Assembly (NCBI GenBank): GCA_000004985.1
Contig: GG738858.1
Length of the DNA stretch: 64,000 nt
From: Naegleria gruberi
Taxonomy: Eukaryota
Direction: 5' to 3' (one strand)
Numbering within the stretch: the first letter of the stretch is position 1; every line of letters begins with the position of its first letter. A model generated the notes under the pieces. The model worked only from the letters and a program-made list of their open reading frames with translations, ran no database searches and had not been told where the DNA came from. Position numbers and translations under genes: made by a program. Shown piece by piece: positions 19,540 to 30,580 of the stretch.

Positions 19540-22521
19540 ATGGGTTCAAGTGTTTCGGATTCTAGAAATGACAAGAGTGCACTTCAAAAAGCGTATCAAG
19601 AAGAAGCAAATGATGAAGAGGACGATGGTTCTGATCAATACCCTATTGATGAATTATCTAAAACTGCAGTTGATCAACAACAACTGGAAGGTGGCCGAAA
19701 CCTGTCGAATTATTTTTCTGAATTTGAAATTGTTTCTTCACAAAAATTCAAAAACAAAAAGCAGTACACTTTTCGATATAGGATTATTCAGAAAAGTGAT
19801 CAGATTGGGTGTCTAGGAAGTGCATTCAAGTGTACAGAAAGCATTGTTGGATTTTCACCAAATCGAGAACGAGTTGTGATTGTGAAAAAATTAAAATATT
19901 TACCAGATTTACATCATTCGATGGATTTGATTGGAAACATGTTGGAAGAAAGTTTGGAAATGCATTATTGGCATATGGGGAGAGTTTTAAATTGTTTCAA
20001 AATTGAGAATAATAATGCGCAGGATTGGTTTTTAGTGTCAGAATATTATCCTTTGGGAAATTTGACAGATTTGAGAAAGTCAATGAGTGAAGTTTCGATT
20101 TCTTTAATGTTACAACTTGTTTATCAAGCAGTAATGGCTATTAGATATTTAAATTCCAGAAATTTGGTTCATAGAAATATCAAAATGGAAAATATTCATG
20201 TCAGATATTTTACAAATGACAGATTGACAATTATTTTGGGAGATTTAGGAACGTTATGTCAATTGAATGGAGATTCTATGGAAATTCCGCTCACCAGTGT
20301 TTCAACCTTTGAAGATTCTGACAAACTCATAGACAATTCCATAATAGGAACTTTAGGATATCGAGATCCTTTATCCATTAACAAACGAAGAATTCACATC
20401 AAATCTGACATTTGGAGTTTGGGAATAACCTTACTGAAATTCCTATTCTTTACAGATCTCCCAGCAACTGTCAATTTGGAAGAAGATTCTCAAGAAAATA
20501 TTGAAGAATTATTGGATTATTTATTTTCTCCATTGGAAATCAAAGATCATGCTTGGGCTTCTGTAAAACAGTTGATTTCTGGCATGTTGAGGATTAATAT
20601 TTATGAAAGATATGGAACGAATAGAATTTTGACTGATATTTTTGATATTGAACAAGTTTCGAATGTCGAAAATTTGGATTCGAATTACTTTTTACTGAAA
20701 CAAGTATTCAAGAATCATGAATCAGTAATTTCGACTCTTTTATCTCAAAATGGAATGATGCTACCACACATGCCAGATTCTATTCGAAGGAATAAGAAAT
20801 TTGTAATGATTGCAATTCAGAACAATCCATTTTCATACGAATTCATATCTGAAACCTTAAAGAATGATTCTGAAATAATGATCAGCACTTATTTGAAAGA
20901 TAGCAGAACAAAATACTTATTTACAAGGAAATTTACTGAACAGGAGGAGAAACAATTAAAGATTCGAGCAATTCCACTTGAAAGAAACTTATCTGAAAGT
21001 GAACGAAACGATTTTACTTTCATTTCGAATCTAGTTACCAAGGATGGAAGATATTTGGCACTGGCATCACCAAAACTGAGAAGCAACTTTGAAATTGTCA
21101 AGAAAAGTCTACTTTCGAATGGTTTAGCCCTCGAATTTGTTTCCCCAGAATTGAGAAAGGTCAAGGAATTTATGGAAATTGCAATTGACCAAAATCCACT
21201 TTCTCTTGCCTTTGTTGATTATTCATACAAGAATAGCTTTGAGATTGTCAAGAAGGCAGTTCAGCAAAATGGACTAGCTCTGGAATTTGCATCAAATCAA
21301 CTCAAGCTTAATAAGGAAATTGTCAAAATTGCTGTCAGTCAAAATTGTAAGAGTTTGGCATTTGTTCCAAGTGCTCTGATTAGCAATGATCCAGAATTAT
21401 TATGTTCTCTCCTTTCTTATGATTCAGATTCTATAGAAGAATATGAAAAACATTGGATTGCGACATTTGACATTTTCAATTGGATTATTTCACAATTCAG
21501 AAACAATACCAAATCGACATTCTTCAAAAATTCAAACCTCCTAACAATGTATTGCATCTTGGAAGAGAACGACCTCATCCAAGTTGATCCTAAAATTCTA
21601 TTCGAAATGTATGTCGAATCTTCCAACAAGAAACAAATTTATTCACTTTACAAAATGGGAATTTTATATTTCCATGGAGAAGATTTAATGGGAATTGAGA
21701 GGAATTTGGAAATGGCAGTTCAATATTTTGAACAAGCAGCTCAACTGGGATTAATTGATGCCTACATGTCACTTTATTCAATATATTCGAGTGATGACCA
21801 AGATGTCAAAAAGGCAGTTCAGTATTTGACAAGTGCTGCAACGAAGGGAAATGCTCAAGCTCAATGGAATCTTTGCGAATTGTATGCAAAGGGAGAGGGC
21901 GTTCCAAAAAGTAGTGAACTGTCAATGAAATGGATGAAAAAATCAGCTCAGAATGGAAATGTTGAAGCACAGCTGTCACTTGCCAATTATTATGAACAGG
22001 ATGCCACTAAGGATGTTATACTAAGCTTTGAGTGGTGTCTGTTAGCTGCTGATCAAGGATTTCCCGAAGCACAATTTCAGTTAGGTGAAAAACTAATGAA
22101 TGGAATTGGATGTCAACAAAATGTGTCACTTGCCATTCAACATTTTGAAAAAGCAGTTAAAGAAGGACATGTCCTCTCAATGCTCAATCTCGGTCTCATT
22201 TATTTCCAATCATCAACTTTACAAAATCATGAAAAATCTTTAAAATTCCTTTTACTAGCTGCCGAAAATGGAAATATCGATGCTCAACACAATATTGGAT
22301 ACTTTTTCGCATCTAAGAATGAATTTGAGAAGGCCTTTACATGGTACATGAAATCTCATCTTGCCAATCATCCAAATTCATTCTCTGAAATTTCACAAAT
22401 GATTTTACGAAATGAATTGAAATTCAAAAAAGTTTCTGGATTTATTGCCAAGGAAGCAATGAATGGAAATGAACAAGCAATTAAATTATTGCAAGAATTG
22501 AAAGAAAGAGGTGAGGAATGA
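19540..22521 (+). CDS. N-myristoylated (MGSSVS) kinase-like protein with degenerate catalytic loop (HRN instead of HRD), DUF4116-like repeats and C-terminal Sel1-like repeats, 993 aa
   Basis: ATG at 19540. Kinase-fold motifs LVHRNIKMENIHV, LGDLGT and DIWSLGITL. Repeats of about 30 aa read ..EIVKKAVQQNGLALEFASNQLK... Sel1 motifs (GNAQAQWNLCELYAKGEGV; GNVEAQLSLANYYEQ). Confidence 0.65.
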   Translation: MGSSVSDSRNDKSALQKAYQEEANDEEDDGSDQYPIDELSKTAVDQQQLEGGRNLSNYFSEFEIVSSQKFKNKKQYTFRYRIIQKSDQIGCLGSAFKCTESIVGFSPNRERVVIVKKLKYLPDLHHSMDLIGNMLEESLEMHYWHMGRVLNCFKIENNNAQDWFLVSEYYPLGNLTDLRKSMSEVSISLMLQLVYQAVMAIRYLNSRNLVHRNIKMENIHVRYFTNDRLTIILGDLGTLCQLNGDSMEIPLTSVSTFEDSDKLIDNSIIGTLGYRDPLSINKRRIHIKSDIWSLGITLLKFLFFTDLPATVNLEEDSQENIEELLDYLFSPLEIKDHAWASVKQLISGMLRINIYERYGTNRILTDIFDIEQVSNVENLDSNYFLLKQVFKNHESVISTLLSQNGMMLPHMPDSIRRNKKFVMIAIQNNPFSYEFISETLKNDSEIMISTYLKDSRTKYLFTRKFTEQEEKQLKIRAIPLERNLSESERNDFTFISNLVTKDGRYLALASPKLRSNFEIVKKSLLSNGLALEFVSPELRKVKEFMEIAIDQNPLSLAFVDYSYKNSFEIVKKAVQQNGLALEFASNQLKLNKEIVKIAVSQNCKSLAFVPSALISNDPELLCSLLSYDSDSIEEYEKHWIATFDIFNWIISQFRNNTKSTFFKNSNLLTMYCILEENDLIQVDPKILFEMYVESSNKKQIYSLYKMGILYFHGEDLMGIERNLEMAVQYFEQAAQLGLIDAYMSLYSIYSSDDQDVKKAVQYLTSAATKGNAQAQWNLCELYAKGEGVPKSSELSMKWMKKSAQNGNVEAQLSLANYYEQDATKDVILSFEWCLLAADQGFPEAQFQLGEKLMNGIGCQQNVSLAIQHFEKAVKEGHVLSMLNLGLIYFQSSTLQNHEKSLKFLLLAAENGNIDAQHNIGYFFASKNEFEKAFTWYMKSHLANHPNSFSEISQMILRNELKFKKVSGFIAKEAMNGNEQAIKLLQELKERGEE

Positions 22522-22927
22522 ATCTGCCACAAGTCATTTCCAATTTAGCAAGTTGGAAAATGAAAGATTTTTAATATCATTAGCAATATTGCTATTTTAA
22601 TGCAAAATTAAACGTTGCTATTCATTTTCTCAATAAATTTATACGAAATCGAATACATTTGTCTCAACTTTAATTGTAAAACATCAATTTTCAAAGTTTC
22701 ATTAAGAAAACTTCGTTAAAACTAAAAAACGACCTTGCTCTCTGCTGAAGTAAATTTTCTGTTGAGTTCGGGTGATTAAATTTTCTGAATTGCATGCTGC
22801 CCATCCTAATTAATATCGAGCATGTGTCAAAAGTCAAGAATTCAGCGAAAGGTTAATGAAAAGTTTGATGGAAATACGAGAAAGGTAGGATACTCAAGAT
22901 TCAATTTACGATATCATATTAAAAAAA

Positions 22928-25900
22928 ATGACTCGATTATTACTCACGACAGTTGTCATTTGTATTTCAATTTTGTTAGCCCTGACAGGATATATCAGTG
23001 CCGCGGTTACATGCAATGGTGTAGATCAGACAGATCCTTCAACCTGCAGTGGTCATGGTCTATGTAAAAGCAACAATAATTGCGCATGTCTTGACATGTC
23101 ACCTGCCAATACATTAATTTCACAAACTGGAGGATACAATGGCATTCCAACAACATTAAATACCTCACGAACGCTAACTTCATCAAATGGTCAATATCAA
23201 GCATCATTAGATCCATCAACAGGTCGTTTACAAGTCCAAGATGTCACCAACTCGACCATCGTTTATCAAAGTGCAACTTTATTATCAGCAGCTTTATTTG
23301 CACCTTTTGAATTAAGATTATTTGTACCTTCATCTACTACCTGTCAAATATCAATTTATGGAAATAATGTATTAGGTTTGACATTGACAGGTACAGTAAG
23401 TGCAATTTTGCCATGCAGATTGGTCATGAGAAATAATGGAGAATTAGTAATGTACAGTTCCGCTGGGTTTGTTTGGTGGACAACAAATCCATCACTGTCA
23501 ACTGGCACTGAAGATTTAATTTATCAAGGTGTCAATTGCGCTTCACCAACTTGTTATGGAATTTTGGCAGAATCTCCAAATGTTTGTTCTGGAAATGGAA
23601 CTTGCACCTTTACTAATTCATGTTCTTGTAAAAGTGGACATTTCGGAGATTTATGTGATGCTTTTAAATGTTTTGGAAATTTGGCAAATGACACGTTGAA
23701 TGTTTGTTCAGGAAATGGAAATTGCATTTCTCCAAATGTTTGTTCGTGTAATTCTGGATTTTATGGACCTAATTGTGATTTAATCAAGTGTTTTGATGTG
23801 CTCAGTAATGAAACATCGAGTGTTTGTTCTGGACATGGAATTTGTTCGAGTACTGACAATTGCACTTGTGCAAACGGTTATTTGGGGAGTAAATGTAATC
23901 AGTTCGAGTGCTTTGGAATTTCAAATTCAGTAACTTCAGGACTCCAATTGCCATGCTCTGGAAATGGAACATGTACTGGAATAGATCAGTGTGTATGTCA
24001 ATCTGGATTTATTGGAAATGAATGTGAAACATTTAAATGTTCTAATTTTCTCAAGAATGACACTTTGAATGTTTGCTCTGGTAATGGATCATGTATTGCT
24101 CCTAATCAGTGTTCATGTCAATCTGGATTTTTCGGTTCGACATGTGAAGCTTTCAAATGTGGAAATGCATTATTCAATTCGAGTTCAGTATGTTCTGGAA
24201 ATGGATTTTGTAATGCTCCAGATCAGTGCATTTGTAAGAATGGTTATTCTGGATCATTGTGTGATAAATTCACTTGCTTTGGAATTGCCAATGATTTAAC
24301 AAGTGGTGGTCCATTAGCAGTTTGTTCTGGAAATGGAACATGTTCTGCGTTGGACAAGTGCATTTGTAATTCTGGATTTTTGGGTGACAGCTGTGACACT
24401 TTCAAATGTTTTAACAAGTTGAAGAATGATAGTTTGGTTTGTTCTGGTAAGGGAAGTTGCATTCTTCCAGAAACTTGTTCATGTTCGTTGGGATATGAAG
24501 GATTGAATTGTGACGGTTTCAAATGTTTTAACAAATTGAAAAATGATAGTTCAGTATGTTCAGGAAATGGATTATGTACTGATATTAATCAATGCTCGTG
24601 TAAGAATAATTGGTTAGGTCTTGATTGTTCTGTCACTTCTTGCTTTAATTTACTGTCAAATGACACAACTGTTTGTTCTTCGAAAGGAAGTTGCGTTGGA
24701 TTTAATCAATGCTCATGTCAATCTGGATATTTTGGTAGTCTATGTGATGTTAAGAAATGCTTCTCCTACCTGTCAAATGAAACTTCACTTGTCTGTAATG
24801 GACAAGGAACATGTACTGATCTTGACACTTGTTCCTGTAACTCTGGATTCCTTTCGAATGACTGTAGTGTCAATACGAATCCATTTTCCATTTCTTTGAA
24901 CGTTTCTTCACTTTCCATTTATCAAGCTACTTCTTGGAATAGTGTGAAAATTTCCCTGTCAGAAGTTTTAAATGTCAATTTAATTAATTTCAATTGGTAT
25001 TGCTTGGATTGTGTCACCAGGACAAGTTCTAATCTCCAGAAGGGACTTGTGAGTTCTTCACAAATTTTACAATTTAGAACTTCAGATTTAGTGGCAGGAA
25101 CTTTTACATTTATTGCAAATGCAACATTTTCGAATATTTCACCATATCCAAAACGGGTTTCGAATAGTGTTTCATTTAAATTGACTGTATTGGATATTAA
25201 TGTTCCTACTTTGGATGTTTTTGGACTTCCTTCAGTAATTATTTCAAAAATTGATCAACCAATTTCTAGTATAGTTTCTAGCATGACTTTAAATCAAACT
25301 TTGATTCAAAGTTTTATTGGAAAGTGTTCGAATGTTAGCTGTTCAACGCAGGTCACTTATTCTTGGACTATTTCATCTGCCGATAATACATTCAAGGCAT
25401 CTTCTGATGGAATTACTAATATTCTCAACTTGGTTGATTCTACTATTACAATTTCACCTCCAATTCAATTGACCACAAATTTATTGTCACTACTCAATAG
25501 TACTTTGACATTTTCTTTGAGTATTGTCAATCCATTACTGAAATCATTAACTTCATTGATCCAAATCCCAATTGTCTCTCCAGCTTTACCACCAACAGTT
25601 AATATTCCTGGATGGACAAGTGACGTTTACGGAGCTAACACGACCATTTCAAATGTCATGAGAGTTAGCCCAAGTCAAGGTATTTCACTCACTAATTTAT
25701 TCACTATAACTATTGAATCATGGAGTGCTGATTCTAGACTCCTTCCTCTCAAGTATGCTGTTGGATTTTATGATAAAAAGACGAGTAAGCCAATTAGAGT
25801 AACTGAATATTCGAATCAAACCGAAATTTCAATTTATTTACCTTATATGAAGTCATCTAGTTCAAAGAGATCTATTACTGCTGATTTGGAGAGTGTTGAA

Positions 25901-28687
25901 TTGGTTGTGTTTATTATGGATGTGATTGGAAATATCGATTTCAGAAAGTCAGCAACTGTCTACCTGTCACCTTTTAGTGGAACAGCTACTCAATTGACAG
26001 AAAAGATTAATTCATTGACAGGATATGCAATTACTGTTGCCTCCTATGATCAATCCTTGTCATTATTGAGTAGTACAGTTAGTGATTTAACTCTCAGTCT
26101 GATTAAGAACATTACAATTGATCCAAAATTCCCAACAGCTGCTCTTAATAGTTTACAATCTTTGACAGCTGATGTCAATTCATTGACAAGAGAAATTGTT
26201 ATTGAGGTGAATAGCAAATTGAATGGATTTATTACATCTGTGAATGGCAGCTATGCTGATGATAAGAAGAATTACGGATTTGTCAAGAGCAAACTAGCAA
26301 ATTCTGATGTGACTTTGACAGTTTCTGTCAGTTCTAATTTATTGCAAAGTGTATTCGAAAGTGAAGGTACCAAGAATGTTGTCAATCAATTGGTTTCTAC
26401 TATTTTATTTGGAGAAATCGCTAACATGATTCAATCAAGTCAAAAAACACTTAGTTCAGTTTCGTATAGTTCCAATCTAATTGACTTTGCAGTTTCCAGC
26501 TTTATATTGTCCAATCAAGTGAAATCGAATCAAACTCAATCTATCCTTATGGGTAACTACACCAGTGTCTCTATGAATATTTCAAATATCATGAGTCAAT
26601 ATAATGCATTCTCAAAAGATTGTGGAATTTCTCTAATTGTCTATTCCAAGAATACTAACTTTGACAATTCTACTAACAAATTGAAACTTGTTTCAAGTGT
26701 TAACGATTTCAAGTTCAGCGTTGATTCATCTGTTGTGCCTCTCTCAGATTTGACTCAACCAATTATTCTTCAATTTGAGCTTGTGGACGAATTGACTACA
26801 ATTTTAGAATCTTTGAAAAATGAAACTCTGAATGTAACTCAAAATGATCCAACTCAATCCCTCTCAACCAATGAACAAAAGTATTTGTGTAAATATTGGG
26901 ACGAATCAAGTCAATTGTGGAGTTCTAAAGGATGTTCCTTCAAGAGTGTGAATTTACAATCCAAAACAATTGAATGTTCATGTGTTCACACAACCATGTT
27001 TACAACATTCATTGAACAGAACAGTACATTTATCAGTAATCTTAAAGATCAAGTATCAGCTCTCTATTCAGTCCAAATAGCTTTTGGCATCATCTATGCA
27101 AGTGTTGCTACTGTAATTTTAATTGGATTAATTGCATTCAGAAAGGAACAACCAGTTTCCTCCAGATTAATGACTCCATATTTTGGAATGGTTGCCTTGA
27201 TCGCAGAAAGTGTTTTGATTTACATTATTCAGAGAAGTATTTTGGCTGATCAATTGTTGAATTCTTCACCATCTGTATGGGAAACTGGTGATACAGCTGC
27301 TAATATTATTGCCAATGTAGTTGCTATCGTTGTCAATACTTTGAATTTGACAGCTATTTTGAGCTATGTCATTCAAGTGACAAGATTCCAATTAATGAAA
27401 TACTTGTATCAAATCTTGTCTTCCAGTAGAGGAAATGAACAAAAGAGTGAACATACAATTAATGTTATCAGATTTTTGACAGCTCCAAGTTTGTCAAATT
27501 CAATTCTTTCAGCATTTGCTGGTGTGAATGTAATTTATTGGTTATTGTGGGTAATTTTGAGAAGAACCAATGCAATTGAACCAGCCACCTATACTTACAT
27601 TGTTTCCATTTCGTATACAGTGTGCATTCTTGTATTCAGTGTCTTGATTACTATTGTGGCTGTTTTAGATTTTATTGGCTCTACAAAGAAACATTTGGAC
27701 ATGAATACAAAGAGAAGAACAGCTATGGATCACTTAGTTGAGAATCCAAGCTCTAGTTTCAAGAAGGATAAGAAGAAATTCGTTGGAAATCCAGCCAAAA
27801 TTTTCAGAGATTGGCTTATTACATTGGACGGTCCTCTCTACTTTAGAATGGAAATGATCTTGTACATTATTTGCTTTATTTTCTTAGTTTTGAATCAAGG
27901 TATTGGATTGAGTAGTTTACCATACAGATATGAAAGTGTTGATTCATTTAGAAAAGCTCTCCTTTCTGATGGAATTTCGTTTATCTTTGAAGTTTTATAT
28001 GTAGTGAGCTATATTTTCGTATTTGGTGGATATGCACTGATTATCACACTCAAATACAAGTATCAAAAGTGGAAATATCAACAAGCACTCAAGGCAGCAG
28101 CTACAGAACCTCAAAATGAGGAAATTTGGATTGATGAGGCAGTTGATGAAATTCTCTCATCCCAAGAAGGAACAAGTCTATTCGAAACTTTTTGTGTCAA
28201 GGAATTCTCATGTGAAAATCTCTATCTCTATCAAGATTTACATGCCAATAAGGAAATTATTGATGGAAACAATTTCAAGGACCTTCCAAGATTCATGTCC
28301 TTTGTTTTCCACAACTATGTCAAAGTGGGAGCTCCATCAGAAGTCAACCTACCTTCCAGTAGTAGAAACTCATTCCTATTCCTCTTCAGATCAGCACTCT
28401 CTCAAAAAGAAACCTTCTCCTCCAGCCAACAAATTAAATTGGATTCGAATCTGTTGCGAGATTTCGAAGCAGTAGAAAAGGAAATTCACACCGAAAATAT
28501 TCCAATTGTCGAGTTGAATGCAACAAATATTAAGGATTGCTTTGAAAATTTGGATAGAAATGTTTTGATTAATATTGGAGATACCTTCTCTCGATTTGTT
28601 TACACTCCGGAATATAAGATTTTTAAAAAGGCAAAGGAATTGCAAAATGCAATGATTCAAAAGGCAAATATTGTGTATGGATTGTAA
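22928..28687 (+). CDS. adhesion-GPCR-like giant receptor: signal peptide, bulb-type lectin, about 20 EGF-like repeats, Ser/Thr-rich stalk, GPS motif, 7TM, C-terminal RGS domain (1919 aa)
   Basis: ATG at 22928 with a hydrophobic leader. Lectin signature (CRLVMRNNGELVMYSS). Repeated C-x-C-x-x-G-[FY]-x-G-x-x-C EGF units. GPS consensus C..W......W...GC....(17)..C-S-C-V-H-T-T-M-F. Seven hydrophobic helices at about aa 1360-1660. RGS signature (FETFCVKEFSCENLYLYQDL). Single exon. Confidence 0.75.
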   Translation: MTRLLLTTVVICISILLALTGYISAAVTCNGVDQTDPSTCSGHGLCKSNNNCACLDMSPANTLISQTGGYNGIPTTLNTSRTLTSSNGQYQASLDPSTGRLQVQDVTNSTIVYQSATLLSAALFAPFELRLFVPSSTTCQISIYGNNVLGLTLTGTVSAILPCRLVMRNNGELVMYSSAGFVWWTTNPSLSTGTEDLIYQGVNCASPTCYGILAESPNVCSGNGTCTFTNSCSCKSGHFGDLCDAFKCFGNLANDTLNVCSGNGNCISPNVCSCNSGFYGPNCDLIKCFDVLSNETSSVCSGHGICSSTDNCTCANGYLGSKCNQFECFGISNSVTSGLQLPCSGNGTCTGIDQCVCQSGFIGNECETFKCSNFLKNDTLNVCSGNGSCIAPNQCSCQSGFFGSTCEAFKCGNALFNSSSVCSGNGFCNAPDQCICKNGYSGSLCDKFTCFGIANDLTSGGPLAVCSGNGTCSALDKCICNSGFLGDSCDTFKCFNKLKNDSLVCSGKGSCILPETCSCSLGYEGLNCDGFKCFNKLKNDSSVCSGNGLCTDINQCSCKNNWLGLDCSVTSCFNLLSNDTTVCSSKGSCVGFNQCSCQSGYFGSLCDVKKCFSYLSNETSLVCNGQGTCTDLDTCSCNSGFLSNDCSVNTNPFSISLNVSSLSIYQATSWNSVKISLSEVLNVNLINFNWYCLDCVTRTSSNLQKGLVSSSQILQFRTSDLVAGTFTFIANATFSNISPYPKRVSNSVSFKLTVLDINVPTLDVFGLPSVIISKIDQPISSIVSSMTLNQTLIQSFIGKCSNVSCSTQVTYSWTISSADNTFKASSDGITNILNLVDSTITISPPIQLTTNLLSLLNSTLTFSLSIVNPLLKSLTSLIQIPIVSPALPPTVNIPGWTSDVYGANTTISNVMRVSPSQGISLTNLFTITIESWSADSRLLPLKYAVGFYDKKTSKPIRVTEYSNQTEISIYLPYMKSSSSKRSITADLESVELVVFIMDVIGNIDFRKSATVYLSPFSGTATQLTEKINSLTGYAITVASYDQSLSLLSSTVSDLTLSLIKNITIDPKFPTAALNSLQSLTADVNSLTREIVIEVNSKLNGFITSVNGSYADDKKNYGFVKSKLANSDVTLTVSVSSNLLQSVFESEGTKNVVNQLVSTILFGEIANMIQSSQKTLSSVSYSSNLIDFAVSSFILSNQVKSNQTQSILMGNYTSVSMNISNIMSQYNAFSKDCGISLIVYSKNTNFDNSTNKLKLVSSVNDFKFSVDSSVVPLSDLTQPIILQFELVDELTTILESLKNETLNVTQNDPTQSLSTNEQKYLCKYWDESSQLWSSKGCSFKSVNLQSKTIECSCVHTTMFTTFIEQNSTFISNLKDQVSALYSVQIAFGIIYASVATVILIGLIAFRKEQPVSSRLMTPYFGMVALIAESVLIYIIQRSILADQLLNSSPSVWETGDTAANIIANVVAIVVNTLNLTAILSYVIQVTRFQLMKYLYQILSSSRGNEQKSEHTINVIRFLTAPSLSNSILSAFAGVNVIYWLLWVILRRTNAIEPATYTYIVSISYTVCILVFSVLITIVAVLDFIGSTKKHLDMNTKRRTAMDHLVENPSSSFKKDKKKFVGNPAKIFRDWLITLDGPLYFRMEMILYIICFIFLVLNQGIGLSSLPYRYESVDSFRKALLSDGISFIFEVLYVVSYIFVFGGYALIITLKYKYQKWKYQQALKAAATEPQNEEIWIDEAVDEILSSQEGTSLFETFCVKEFSCENLYLYQDLHANKEIIDGNNFKDLPRFMSFVFHNYVKVGAPSEVNLPSSSRNSFLFLFRSALSQKETFSSSQQIKLDSNLLRDFEAVEKEIHTENIPIVELNATNIKDCFENLDRNVLINIGDTFSRFVYTPEYKIFKKAKELQNAMIQKANIVYGL

Positions 28688-28823
28688 ATAAACTAAATGA
28701 AACTAATCTCTTTAGAATGTGTTGAAATATGAGATGAAAATTATTCGAAATAAAAGATTGAAATACGTGTTTCTTACAAAATACGTCTATGATTTTTAAA
28801 ATCAGAAAAATATTCAGTTTCGA

Positions 28824-30515
28824 ATGGAAGGAAACTTTTCGAATCTTCCTTCCGAAGTTTTATTCTTCAAAATTCTTCCACATTTCGAATACAAGTGGAT
28901 TTTGAATGTGGGAAGATTAGTTTGCAAGGAATGGAATGAAAATTACAAATCAATTCCAACTTTTTACTTTCCGATAAAATATTGTGGAAACGAGACGAAA
29001 CTAAAAAATTTGATAAAGCATTCTGATGAATTAGCAAAAGTAACATCTCTTTATTTAGAAAGAAAAGAAAATCACCTAATTTCGAATAATGAATTAGAAA
29101 GTGAATTTGTGTTAAAATTGAAAAATTTGAAAGAATTGAATATTACACGTTATAATTGTTCATTCTTGTTGGAAGATTTTGCAAAATTGAAAAAATTGGA
29201 AGAAATTAATTTAACTTTGATAACATTCGAACAAGTTACTGAGATTGTGAAATATCTGTCACATGCCAAATCATTTTCTTTTTGTCATATTTCACGATTG
29301 AATGAATTATTTGTTATTCATGATTCAATACCTTTGAAAAAACTAACTGTTAGTCCATCGTCATCCAATGAGCTAATTTCAATATTAGAAACTAAACCTG
29401 TCAAAAGTCTAACTGAACTTTATTGTTTCAATTGTGGTCAATTATCATTGAAAAATATTGGATCACTTGGTAATTTACAGAAATTAGACATTTCTGGGAC
29501 CAGTTTCAAAGATGAAGAATCCTTGAAATATTTATTGAATTTGACAGAATTGGATGCAAGTAGTACTAACATAAATGGAAATGGACTTTCCAATTTAGGA
29601 AAATTACAAAATTTGAAAGTTTTAAAACTTGCAAGTAATCATATTGAAAATGAAGGAGCTAATTACTTGAATTTACTTTCAAATTTATCAAAATTAGATC
29701 TTTCCAATAATTGTATTAGCGATGAAGGTTTACAAAATTTTCCCAAACTTTACAAATTAGAATATTTAAATTTATCCAACAACAAAATTAAAATTATGGG
29801 AGCAAATTATCTTTCCCAAATGGAAAATTTAATTTTTCTTCACTTGCCCAAAAATTGTATTGAAGAGGAAGGTTTGAGAAATTTTGGAAATTTGAAATTT
29901 TTAAAGGAATTATTTTTGGGTTCTAATTTCATTGGAAGTGGAATTCGTCATCTTGCCAAATGTCATTCTTTAGAGAGATTATATGTCAATTCTAATTTAA
30001 TCAACGATCAGCAAGCAGTTGATGAATTTTGTGGAAATTTGAATCTAAGAGAATTGGAAATTTTCAAGAATGATTTAACTGAAACCTGCTGTGAAAGTAT
30101 TTCAAAATTAAGCAATTTGAAAAAGTTGAATATTTCAGAAAATCCAATTGGTAATGGAATTTCCAATTTGGGAAAATTACAAATTTCAAAATTGGAAGCA
30201 AAAAATTGTAAAATTACAGATGAAGGAATTATTGAATTTTTCAAATCCTTCCAAAGAAGTGAAAAAAGTGAAAAATTGGATCTTTTTCTGGAAGATAATG
30301 AATTTACAAATATTTCAATAATTCAATTTTTGGAAATAGCTGACAAACTCAATAGTCTTTCGATTTCTTATTCACAGAATTTTAATTTAGAAGAAACTCA
30401 AAGATTACATTACAAATTGAAAAATTTGAATATCCAAGGTGAACCCATCCAAATCTCGAAAAGGAAGGAGATGCCTTTTGAATTCAATTGGTTTTTTAAA
30501 TTTTTTAATGATTAA
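28824..30515 (+). CDS. F-box / RNI-type leucine-rich-repeat protein, 563 aa
   Basis: The N-terminal region (LPSEVLFFKILPHFEYKWILNVGRLVCKEW) is F-box-like. It is followed by about 15 LRRs of the LxxLxLSNNxIxDEG type. Confidence 0.6.
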   Translation: MEGNFSNLPSEVLFFKILPHFEYKWILNVGRLVCKEWNENYKSIPTFYFPIKYCGNETKLKNLIKHSDELAKVTSLYLERKENHLISNNELESEFVLKLKNLKELNITRYNCSFLLEDFAKLKKLEEINLTLITFEQVTEIVKYLSHAKSFSFCHISRLNELFVIHDSIPLKKLTVSPSSSNELISILETKPVKSLTELYCFNCGQLSLKNIGSLGNLQKLDISGTSFKDEESLKYLLNLTELDASSTNINGNGLSNLGKLQNLKVLKLASNHIENEGANYLNLLSNLSKLDLSNNCISDEGLQNFPKLYKLEYLNLSNNKIKIMGANYLSQMENLIFLHLPKNCIEEEGLRNFGNLKFLKELFLGSNFIGSGIRHLAKCHSLERLYVNSNLINDQQAVDEFCGNLNLRELEIFKNDLTETCCESISKLSNLKKLNISENPIGNGISNLGKLQISKLEAKNCKITDEGIIEFFKSFQRSEKSEKLDLFLEDNEFTNISIIQFLEIADKLNSLSISYSQNFNLEETQRLHYKLKNLNIQGEPIQISKRKEMPFEFNWFFKFFND

Positions 30516-30580
30516 AAAAATATTCTTTTTTTTACAATTTGTGAATTTTATTTAAATTTTGAATGAAAACCAATTTTGGT

